Below, piece after piece: positions 12,103 to 22,197 of a stretch of 35,575 nt of DNA. The notes below the pieces were generated by a model, which was given only the letters and a program-made list of their open reading frames with translations, did not search any database and was not told where the DNA came from. The stretch's first letter is position 1, and each line of letters begins with the position of its first letter. The position numbers were made by a program, and so were the translations under genes. The DNA is from Octopus bimaculoides (lineage: Eukaryota), in NCBI RefSeq assembly GCF_001194135.2, contig NC_068986.1, forward strand, positions 79,652,165 through 79,687,739, read 5' to 3'.

Positions 12103-12922
12103 AATAATAATAATAATAATATGGAATACTTGTGAATAGTGGAATTAGTTGAGGAATGTTGTTTCTAATAGAGTGGAGTAAAAAACACGAGCGTTGAATT
12201 ATTTGTCGGCCATTCGCAATAAAGGAAGAGAAAAGAAGTTTGAGTAGCAGCCGGCAGGTGTTTGCAGTTGTTCGTCAGTAATTTACTTATTGCACAAAAT
12301 GCCAACATTGCAATGTTTTGCATCTTTGCGAGACGACTCACAGATTGGTAGATAGACATGGAGAGAGCATTTGCAAATTGAAACCAACAAGTAACCTCTG
12401 TTCAGTTCGTTATGAATCCTTATTTCAAGACAATCATTGCTGTCGAGAGATAATTCGTTTGATTTTACAATATATTCCATTAGTCAGCATTTCTTTTAAA
12501 ATAACAGATCTTAAAGCAAATTACACTATTGCTTTTCTAGCTGTTCCACATTTATTTTGTTTGGATTCAGGTCAAATTTTAAGACATTCTAGAAATTCTA
12601 AGCAAGCAATAGCTTTAGCATTAATGTTGTTGAACACATTGACGATTGTTTCGAGCATTGGGTATTAAAATCAAAGAGATCTATTTTCATGTTTCCTTGT
12701 TTGTTAGATGTTGTGACTTCCGGCAGCCGTCTTCTACACTATTCCAAAGTTCATGGCATATACTGCTTAACAGATAAATAAATAGATAGATAAATGAATA
12801 AATAAACAAACAAACAAAGCTCTCTTAGGCATTCTCGACAAGCAACAAAAAATAGAGAGCATCCATCCCAGTGGAATTCTATTTTAGGAATAATTGTGCT
12901 CTTTGAAGGAAGTCAGCTTTTG

Positions 12923-12989
12923 TCATCTTCCAGTATAGATGTGATTTGTATAGTTTACATTGAATTCCGTTGCTTCAGGACCTCCAAAA
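12923..12989 (-). CDS. Candidate terminal coding exon of an unidentified spliced gene (FGGPEATEFNVNYTNHIYTGR*)
   Basis: Acceptor AATTTTCTTTCACTTTAG ends at 12990; TGA at 12925-12923. AATAAA lies at 12556-12551 on the minus strand. Phase is compatible with the 28-nt exon upstream. No homology recognised. Confidence 0.4.
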
Positions 12990-13132
12990 CTAAAGTGAAA
13001 GAAAATTCGATAATCATCCTACATAGAATAATCCGTCAAGGAATAGGGTCAGTGTGCAGAATAATTAAGTCCAGAAGGAGAATAAATATACAGTCGAATT
13101 CAATAGATAAGAGGTGCATGAAAGTAGCATAC

Positions 13133-13160
13133 CTTGATAAGAAGCATGGTAACATTATTA
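13133..13160 (-). CDS. Candidate 28-nt micro-exon
   Basis: Acceptor TTCATCTATTGCTTACAG, donor AAG|GTATGC; 143-nt intron to the next exon. Confidence 0.45.
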
Positions 13161-13524
13161 CTGTAAGCAATAGATGAACTATACTTATCTACACAATTGG
13201 AATGCTATAAAACAATAACACAATTCGATTTATACTGCATATTGATAATTCAACCACGAACATCTATACAAGGCTCAGTGGAATAGTGTTTCCATATCTG
13301 TGATGATACAATTGCTACTACAGCCTAGACTGTATCTAGACGAAAGTTTACCCCTACCGTCACAGATGTCTTGTCTCTTCTGCCTTTTCTATCCTTACTA
13401 CACTGTCCTGTACTCTTCAGAGATATATATTATTACCATCACAAGTACAACTATAATCGCAACCTACGTCTACCTGACGCACCTCTCCACTCCTCATCTC
13501 ATCACCAGTTACATGTCTCAGAAG

Positions 13525-13725
13525 TCAGAAACCTGGCAGAATCTTTGGCACGCTGGATAAAATGCTGAGCGGCATCTCTTCCAGCTTTACGTTCTGGGTT
13601 CAAATGCCATCGCGGTCGATTTTGCGTTTCATCCTTTCCGGTTTCGATAAAGTAAGTACCAATTATGCACTAGGTTCGATGTCATCGACATAGCCCTTCA
13701 TTAAAATAATTGGCCTGCTGCCGAA
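13525..13725 (+). mobile_element. SINE family B, near full length
   Basis: CTGGCAGAATC (A-box-like), GGGTTCAAATGCC (B-box-like), then the central GGTCGATTTTGCGTTTCATCCTTTCCGG..CGATAAAGTAAGTACC domain. Confidence 0.85.
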
Positions 13726-13805
13726 ATTTAAAATAATAGTGTATCTCTCTTCACAGAACCTTCTCTAAACCATTATGCTTTTCTCCATCCATCCCATGCA
13801 CATAC

Positions 13806-13850
13806 TGCGTAAACCCTCTGGAATGTCCATCCTAACCCATTTTCCCCCCA
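13806..13850 (-). CDS. Candidate 45-nt exon (xGGKWVRMDIPEGLR or WGENGLGWTFQRVYA)
   Basis: Acceptor GCTTAATCTACTCTTGCAG, donor GCA|GTATGT; two of three frames are open. Confidence 0.45.
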
Positions 13851-14002
13851 CTGCAAGAGTAGATTAAGCATTTACTGTGTTGGTTTTAGCGCTCTGAAAA
13901 GATCTATTGCGAAATATTTGGGGCATAACTTGTTTCTCCCCAAATAAAAACCATTACAAAATAACAAACGATGATGTTTGAGCTTAATTAAGTGAAACTT
14001 AC

Positions 14003-14020
14003 AGAAATGTTTGCTTCCTT
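14003..14020 (-). CDS. Candidate 18-nt micro-exon (xGSKHF or KEANIS)
   Basis: Acceptor CATCTCTTCTTATTATCAG, donor TCT|GTAAGT; 152-nt intron to the 45-nt exon. Confidence 0.45.
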
Positions 14021-14189
14021 CTGATAATAAGAAGAGATGATCCGCCACTCAAAAAAGGTTTACCTTCAGTTATTTACAATGATATTGTTACCATACTATG
14101 GTGCAAAAAAACTTTGAAACCAGTGTTTCACTCCCCGTTATGTAGCATTCTATTCACTCAACTCTGTATCTACCAACATGAAGTTCATT

Positions 14190-14310
14190 CTAAGACGGGG
14201 CCATCCCATGTTCACTTGACAGTCGAGAAGTAACAGCCAAATCCCTCAAGTTACGCACTATCGTATCGAAAAGAGGGAAGGCATCGTATAGTGTATTCCT
14301 TTTCGAGCAC
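14190..14310 (+). mobile_element. Fragment of a probable third SINE family
   Basis: GGCCATCCCATGTTCACTTGACAGTCGAGAAGTAACAGCCAAATCCCTCAAG resembles an abundant octopus interspersed repeat as I recall it; no second clear copy in the window. Confidence 0.4.
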
Positions 14311-14671
14311 ATCTCGTCTTTTTTGTTAAGCACATTATCAACGCTCCCTTGCTTACGATACAAACATTCCTCCCCATTTTTAATGCATAAACACATAATA
14401 TAAATTTCTAGTACCTTCCATAATGGGCTCTAGTTTGGTGCACGTAACTAGTTATCCTAGCATCACACTAATATAACCGAATATTTGACGCGCTTATCAG
14501 TAGTTATTCTTTAGCATGTAGATTTGGTCAGTCAACTACGTGTTCTTTGTGTTCCATTAGGTTTATTTACTTATTCACATTTGAACACATCTTATGCTGA
14601 TGTTGTTTTTGCTATTGTTATTAATCTTTGTTTTTCTGATTGTGGTTAGTAAGTGGTTTACAGAAATATTA

Positions 14672-14837
14672 GAGGGGTGGATATGCGGTAAGAAGTTTAT
14701 TTCCCAACCATATGGTTCTGAGTTCAGTCTTACTGCGTGACACCTTCAGCAAGTGTCTTCTATTACAACCTCGGGCTGACTAATGCCTTGTGAGTGTATT
14801 TGGAAACTGAAAGAAGCCCGTTGTATACCTGTGTGTG

Positions 14838-14869
<32 letters not shown>

Positions 14870-15095
14870 CGTGTGTGCGTGCGTGTGTGCGTGTGTGCGT
14901 GTGTGTGCGTGTGTGCATGAAGCGCGTGTGTCTGTCTTTGTTCTCCGACACTACTTCACAACCGACTTATTAGCGGTTAGGCAAGATGAGACCGATAGAA
15001 TAAGTACCAGGATTTTAAAAAAATTCTTCAAGGTGGTGCTCCAGCATGGCCGCAGTCTAATGGCTGAAACGAATAAGAGATAAAAGATAAAAGAT
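14672..15095 (+). mobile_element. SINE family A, near full length, with internal (TG)n
   Basis: Head homologous to 4540-4690 (GCGGTAAG..CCCAACCATATGGTTCTGAGTTCAGT..CAAGTGTCTTCTA..GAAAGAAGCCCGTTGTATA); tail GGTGCTCCAGCATGGCCGCAG..GCTGAAACG..AAAGATAAAAGAT. Confidence 0.85.
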
Positions 15096-15446
15096 TAATT
15101 TTTAAATAGAGGACATTACCAAAATCTGTGCAGATACATACATCGCCCTTCAGTGGTTATATAAGAATATCCCCACCCACTTTAATAAGCACTTATATAA
15201 ACCTTTGTTAATTATCAACTTCAAACTGATTCCTCAAAGCCGGAGCTTGTTGGTGCATAGAATTGGAACATTTTTCAAACAACCTCACATGTTTTACATG
15301 ATGAGCCTGACATATGTAAAAGAAATAACATTCAATGTGTAGATACAGGCTCAAGATGTGTTTTATTTTGGTTCTTTGTTTTAGTTCTTGAGTATATTTT
15401 CTTTTATATATTTGGTCTGGCAAATGCTGCTTCTTGAGACTGATAA

Positions 15447-15666
15447 TGTCTCTATGCTGCCGTGGTTCTCTGCCGCGTTGTAGATTTGTGTTAAATGTCA
15501 TGCCATAACGATCTTGGCATGTTACTCTTTATACATATGAAGTACACAAATCCCACATCCGCTTTGAAAAGTGTCCAAACATAATAACAACAAAGTTAAA
15601 TACAAAAACTATACACTCCCCTCCCCGGTAAAACAAGCTGTACTATATAGTACTTCCGGTTGTAAG
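15447..15666 (+). repeat. About 220-bp dispersed repeat, left arm of an inverted pair with 17035-17265
   Basis: Aligns by eye to the reverse complement of 17035-17265, with shared blocks GTTAAATGTCA, TTACTCTTTATACAT, AGTACACAAATCCC, TGTCCAAACATAA and CAAAGTTAAAT. Confidence 0.85.
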
Positions 15667-15884
15667 CACATTATTTCACGTACTTGTAAACTTAGATGTT
15701 TTCGTTACGAAGGGTAGATAGTCACAACTGGAATGAATTTAATCAAAAACCATTCCAGTTATCTATCCAATCAAAGCCAACCCGGAACTTAAAGTAAATC
15801 GATGTTTTCTTTTAACATAGCTAATAAAAAATAAACGTCTCCCAATATCGGTTTCAAATTTTAACACATGACCAGCAATTGGAG

Positions 15885-16060
15885 AGTAGGTCGATTACCA
15901 CGAACCAGTATTCAACTGGTACTTATTTTATCGACCATTGAAAAGAATAACAGGGAAAGTCAACTTCGGCGGAATTTGAACTCAGAACACGAAGACAAAC
16001 ATACGAAATGCCGCTAAGCATTTTTCCCCGGTGCAGTAACAACTCTGTTAGACCGCCGTC
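15885..16060 (-). mobile_element. SINE family B
   Basis: Reverse complement has GTTCTGAGTTCAAATTCCGCCGAAGTTGACTTT..GGTCGATAAAATAAGTACCAGTTGAATACTGG, homologous to 13525-13725. Confidence 0.85.
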
Positions 16061-16129
16061 TTACATTTCTCAAATATCAAGAACTGACAAACTTTATTTT
16101 GATCTGGACTACCTCTAGATGTGAAATGT

Positions 16130-16355
16130 ATAGAAAACATGAATGATTACTATATCAAAGCTGATTTAATCGTTTTGTCGCTAAATTTCTGGGAGAAATA
16201 TAGTGCTTTTTATTCAATTTATTTTGAAATTAATAATGAATTTAGTTAAATACTATTGTTATTAAGTTGGGGTTTTGAACATAAATTAATGTGGAATAAC
16301 GGGAAGCTTGTATCAAAGAAACAGAAGCGGTCTTAAACGGGTTGGTATCAAAAAC
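16130..16355 (+). mobile_element. Decayed non-autonomous DNA-transposon-like (TTAA/piggyBac-type) end
   Basis: Ends GCGGTCTTAAACGGGTTGGTATCAAAA, resembling a recalled octopus repeat that terminates GGTATCAAAAGGGTTAA. No partner TIR found. Confidence 0.35.
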
Positions 16356-17034
16356 GTGCTTTTTGCGGCAGTTAATGAAGTATAACACTAATTAAAGACC
16401 GAAGTAGTGAAAATGTGCTACAGATATTAATGGGTAAAAAGATTTTAAATAAATTCATAGATAATTATACGAGAAGATAGCTTTCATTTGAGGCTAGGAA
16501 TAAACATACATATTTTTTCAAACATATATATTATGATATATTAGACGATTTTGCTTGTTATGTATTTAACTAGCATAAAAATGGGATGTAGACGAAAACA
16601 AAACCGAAATTTTAGCATAATAAAATTTGTTCCTATATTAACACTTTAAACAAGCTTGGCTCTAAGTAACTAAAAAAAAATCAAAAACAATCAATATTTA
16701 TAAATTAGAGTAAGTTCGAGTGTTACATTTTAAGCAAACTTAATTGTGGAAAGGAATCGAGGATAAAAGGGAAATGTTTTATATAAGAAAACGATGTAAT
16801 AAGGATCTATACATTTATATCTATACAAGAAGAAAACGAAGAAGTATAAAACAGAAATTTCCACAGGTAATGTTAGTTATAATAGTGATTTGATAGTTGT
16901 TTTATCTTTCAACAAGGATATATATCAAGAGAGATATAGATAGCGAGAGAGATAGAGCGGGAGTAGAAAATAAACTTACAATTACAGAATGGAGAAAATC
17001 TACGTGTAAGTTAACAAATTCCCGTTATAGGTCT

Positions 17035-17265
17035 CCTTACAAACAGAAGTATTACATAGTACATTCTTTATTATCTTATTTTACCTGGCAGGAGAGTGCA
17101 TAGTTTTCGATTTAACTTTGTTATTGTTATGTTTGGACATTTATCAAACCGGATAAGGGATTTGTGTACTTTACATGTATAAAGAGTAAGATGTCAAGAT
17201 TATTGTGGCGTGACATTTAACGCAGCTGTATAGGACGCTAGCGAGTCATAGTAGCATAGAGGCCT
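17035..17265 (-). repeat. Right arm of the inverted repeat pair with 15447-15666
   Basis: See left arm. Confidence 0.85.
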
Positions 17266-17639
17266 AATGAGAATCATGAAGATACATACACCATGCGCTT
17301 ACATCTACACACTGAATGTTATTTTGTACACATGTCAAGTACGTCAGACAGAAAGTATGAGTTTGTTTTAAAATGTTCCAATTCGGCGCACTTAACAGGC
17401 TCTGACTTTAAGGAATCTGCTTGGAATTGATATTTAACATACATTGATAAAAGAAGTATGAAGGAACAGAAGCCCATAAAACATTAACTAATGTTGAGAT
17501 AATGAAAGAACACATCAATAACGACAGTAACATAAGTGAACCTTAGAATGTCAGGAACATTACATGATGCGCACTGAAAGATGAAATTTCTATCGAAAGG
17601 AGAAACGAGAAACCATGTGTGTATTCGTGCATTTGTATA

Positions 17640-17760
17640 TACGGGCGTGGCATAATTGTAGGAAAGTTCGCTTTATAAACACGATGTTTCACGTTCGATC
17701 CCAATACAGCATCTTTGGCAAATATTTATCACAACTTCGAGTGGAGCCTCGCCTTATCGC
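17640..17760 (+). mobile_element. Decayed tRNA-derived SINE head
   Basis: GGCGTGGCATAATTGTAGG (A-box-like), GTTCGATCCC (B-box) and CTTTGGCAAATATTT (CORE-like). Confidence 0.55.
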
Positions 17761-18107
17761 TGTAACGGGATAGATTGACTGATTGTTGCTTATTTTCTAC
17801 ATATTATGAGATGGAGCGAACTACTGCTATCTCTAGCGGACGAGTATCCACCACTGATGATCAGCACAAATAGCTCGAAATTGAATGGTCTCGTCATTTT
17901 GTCGCTGGAAGATGGTTCGCTCCCCTGCTTGCAATATAAATCGGATGCATATTGCACCGAATAAACAGCTCGAAGAGATATCCTCCGGGGATTAAAATGG
18001 CAGTAACATCGCTTCCTATGGAACAACGATGTTGATTGGGGATAAAACATCACTTCTCAGTATAGTTACTGCCTTCATCTCTTATAGAGATTTTCTAACT
18101 AGCTAAT

Positions 18108-18155
18108 TTGCTATATATATGTACATGCATACATACGTATCTATATATATACATG

Positions 18156-18186
<31 letters not shown>

Positions 18187-18201
18187 TTGTGTATATGTAT
18201 A

Positions 18202-18276
<75 letters not shown>
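18108..18276. repeat. Compound (TA)n/(TG)n microsatellite
   Basis: Direct reading. Confidence 0.95.
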
Positions 18277-18279
<3 letters not shown>

Positions 18280-18322
18280 ATTTAATAAATGGAGTTATAC
18301 GCATGTATTAAATGATTTCTTT

Positions 18323-18412
18323 TATTTCCAACATGTTTCGAAGATTACAATTGGTTCATTCCAACGGAATGAGTGATGTTGATAAAGATGTAATCTTCTC
18401 TTCAGGGAAATA
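18323..18412 (-). ncRNA. Type I hammerhead ribozyme (Penelope/retrozyme-like), near-canonical
   Basis: Minus strand reads TATTTCC-CTGAAGA-GAAGATTACA-[39 nt]-TGTAATCTTC-GAA-ACATGT-T-GGAAATA. That gives a 7-bp stem I, intact CUGANGA and GAAA core, perfect 10-bp stem II with G10.1-C11.1, palindromic stem III, and a GUU cleavage triplet. Confidence 0.8.
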
Positions 18413-18506
18413 CATAAGAACCAACTCAAACGTAAGACATTATTACCGATTATATATATATATATATAATGAAATGAATAATAACAGACGATGGACAATT
18501 GTCAGC

Positions 18507-18599
18507 TCATTACAACTGTTTCTGATGCATTTAATTAATAGGAGAATGAGGGGATTACTTCATTTACTTCATTGCAAAAAAACCGTAATCATCAGGTGA
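18507..18599 (-). ncRNA. Degenerate type I hammerhead-like motif
   Basis: TCAC-CTGATGA-[66 nt, poorly paired]-GAA-ACAGTTGT-A-ATGA: core and GUA triplet present, stem I 3 of 4 paired, stem II disrupted. Confidence 0.45.
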
Positions 18600-19095
18600 A
18601 ACATAATTACAAAAGCAAAAGAGTATCCCAAGAATACCGCAGGGACGCGGCTGAAGTCTGTCGAGGCTTGCCATGAATGGGAGAATTACCAATAAAATTG
18701 GCCGTTGTGGGCATTAAGGGGTGGAGATAGGTTAAGAATTTAGTTTGTGAAAGGATGTAATATGATATTTATGGTCAGCGTAAGAATTTAATTTGCGAGC
18801 GTACGAAATAGCTGTAACGAGCTGACAATTATCAAACGTCTGTTATTATTCATTTGATTATAATACACCATAGGGATTAACGATACGTCAGATATCCTTT
18901 AGTATACCAACAACGTACCCATCAACGTAACGTGTGCTTTGGACCAGCCCCTAGGCGCTAAATGCTCATAGAGATGGTTTTCTCTGTGTACACAACCGGA
19001 ATATCCTATTTCATATTTATCAACTATAGGTGGTGACCATAAGTTTATCCAACCCTACCTGGTGCATATCTTTTCAAGAACCCGATTCTAGTTGA

Positions 19096-19096
<1 letters not shown>

Positions 19097-19154
<58 letters not shown>
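19097..19154. repeat. (TTA)n microsatellite
   Basis: Direct reading. Confidence 0.95.
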
Positions 19155-19155
<1 letters not shown>

Positions 19156-19860
19156 CATTTGTTTTGTTCAAGAGGCAGTGTTAGTTTAAAATAGCAATAT
19201 GTGTATTATATTTAATGCAAATACATTATGGAAACACGAATTCACTGCAGTATTCGTTCTAAGATGATATTTCTTATAAGCATACAATTCTAAAGAAAAA
19301 TAAGAATTTATCAATAGCAGACAAAGATCATCAACAAGCGAGGGTTGTACAGCTAGAAACGCATTTCTTCATCTTTGGACTTCTTCAGTAGCAAGTACCC
19401 TGTGGAAACTGCGAGTTAAGACAAAAGCCGCCGTTACTGATACAGAAAAGCAGTGATTGAAAAACCATTGCTGCTGCAATTAGAAGGCCGGCTTATTTTT
19501 ATTCATAACTATCATTTCTATACACACCTATGTATGCACACTGTTGATAGGCCAGTAACTGTGGCATTTGTCCTGAGATAACATCTCTTGTCGATATGTG
19601 GTATTAAAAGCAAAACCTGTATCAAAAGTAGAGGAAAATATACCCCCAACAAGAGCAAGAGGGTCTCAAGATGCATTTTAGCCTTTTTGAACCATTTTAA
19701 TGTAACATACTTGCACTCAACTATATGCTGGGACAAAACCTTGTCGTCTTCAATACAGGAAACAAACAACAAATAAAACATATACTTATGTTGCAAATAG
19801 CCGCCTAGGTGAATCAAAATCAGTATTGGCAATTGAGGTAGCTAAATTTATGCATATACG

Positions 19861-19861
<1 letters not shown>

Positions 19862-19923
<62 letters not shown>

Positions 19924-19950
19924 GTGTGTGTGTGTTTTAGTGTGTGTGTA
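19862..19950. repeat. (TG)n microsatellite
   Basis: Direct reading. Confidence 0.95.
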
Positions 19951-21169
19951 ATGGATGGTTACATCTAAAAAATTTATTATAGACCTGCTCGATGCGTACT
20001 GACCTCAGGTTAAACTGAATTATAATGTATAACATCCCAGATCAATTTGCAATATGTACTTCTTTGAAAAAGAAAGCATTTGTAGACGAGAGTAACTATG
20101 CAATATAATAAACAACAAACTTCGAAAAATTAATGTGATAGAAATTCATTTAATAAAGATGACTTTTAAGCAGTTTCTCACTAGAAAATTCAACTTCTTC
20201 CTTGCATCCGTAATTTATTAGCACTTTATTTATAACTTAGAAAATAAGCAATGAATTGTGTTTCTGTAACATACATTTATGATGTCTGCGTGACTGTAAT
20301 TTTTCCTTCCAGATGACAATGATTAACAGCATTCGTGTGATAGCGATTTATGGTGTCTGTATAACATTGATTTATAAAATCTTTGTTAAATATTCTATTG
20401 AGTTTTATTGTCATCTAAAAGTTTTATTGTTATATAGAGGTATAATGAAAGTTATGATCGTCAATGCAAACATTAGATTGTTGCTAAAGAAACATAAGGC
20501 ATTTTAAATTGGAAACGGTTTTCTAGCTTTGGACGGTTTTCTAACTGGTCGTCAGAAATACAATTAATTAAAAATATTTCGGTTCTAATTTTGTCGGGGA
20601 CCAAACATTTGAGGTATTTATTACAAATAAAGGATTCTTTAACGAAACGAAACCTTTTAAAACTCTTGAAAATGCTATTTTGAAACTAATGGATTATCTA
20701 TTTTTGGAAATGGTTAACTGAGAAATTTGAAATGAAATTTGACAATTTGGGAGATCTTGCCAAAATCCAAATAGCCTATTTTAGCTAAAATAAGCTATTT
20801 GGGTTTAGACAAGATTTGGGTTTTAGCAACAGAAATTACGGTCATGCTAATTGCTGTGAATAAAAGTTTATAAAGCTATTCCAGTTTTAAAGTGTCTTAT
20901 ATATGTTTATGAACTTATTATCATAGCAATTAGCATGGCTTTATTTTTTGTAGTCCAGAGCCACCACAGTGATTATAGTTTATCTCCAGATACGGCACAT
21001 TTACAACTACATTCTCCGTTGTGACCTCTATTTTAAGATGAGATAGTATTAAAAAGAGAATTGGCTCCTTATTCTACCACCTCCATAGACAGAGTAGATA
21101 TTTGCTGAGTCCTAAAATTTTAGTGTTTTTGAGGGTTTTTTTTCTTTGTAATAGAATTCTTAATAGAAT

Positions 21170-21238
21170 TCCACTGTGTAAAACGCCAAAGCTTTGTGGG
21201 GGGATTTGATAGACAGAAAGCGAATGAAGCTCGTTGTA

Positions 21239-21302
<64 letters not shown>

Positions 21303-21526
21303 TGTTTGCGTTTGTGTTTATGTCGTGTTTTTCTACCACCACCGCTTGGTTTGCTTACCTCCCCGTAACTTAAGGTTTCGGCTAAAGACACCGATAGCAT
21401 AAGTACTACAGTATTAAATAAAATAAGCCCTGAGGTCGATTTGTTTGAGTAAACCCTTCAAAGCGTTACTCTAGTATGACTTCAATCCAATACCTGAAAA
21501 GAAGTAAATTATTTAAGATAAAGATA
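21170..21526 (+). mobile_element. SINE family A, decayed and 5'-truncated, with internal (TG)n
   Basis: CCAAAGCTTTGTG..GGATTTGATAGAC..GAAGCTCGTTGTA-(TG)n-..CTCCCCGTAACTTA..AATAAGCCCTGAGGTCGATTTG..AAGATAAAGAT. Confidence 0.8.
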
Positions 21527-21842
21527 TGACTGATTAAATAATCAAAAGTAATAACGATTGCAACAGAGGGTGACATTTATATGGATTATATTATCAAAAT
21601 AGTTTTACAGCTCCTTTCTGTGCGTGATAAGCGCGATGTCTCTTAACAGTCATCTTAATACTATTTCCAACAGCAACTTCATTTACGTTGATAGCGTTAC
21701 CCAGGAAAATGTACAACAAAGCAGTTTTGTATTTATTAATGTGGGGGGTTTCATTTACTATTAATAATACAATAATTTTTTTTAATATTTGAAGTAGAAC
21801 ACTGAGAGGAAGATATTATAAAAAATCCTTATCGCGGTTTGC

Positions 21843-21891
<49 letters not shown>

Positions 21892-22197
21892 TATATAAAT
21901 TCAAAAAAGGATAAAAATCTTTTACAAGAATTTTATCAGGCAACCAATGTGTAAAAAAATTCATAAAGGAAATTTCTATTCCCAAGAATATAATTATTGG
22001 TTTATATTTATGTATAAGGGCATTGTGTTTATTTGGGAAGTCTAGTGTGTGGCATTATTCTGTAGTAATGCCCTTATATAAATATACACATATATAGACA
22101 GACAATCAAACAGACACACATTACGAAATATATGCATATGTGTTTACATCACTTATCTTTATCATTTATACTAATAAATGTATAATTTTATACATAC

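Noticed and set aside
20313-20507. Plus-strand acceptor TTTTTCCTTCCAG followed by an ATG ORF
   Set aside because: No convincing donor, AT-rich non-codon-like sequence and no partner exons.
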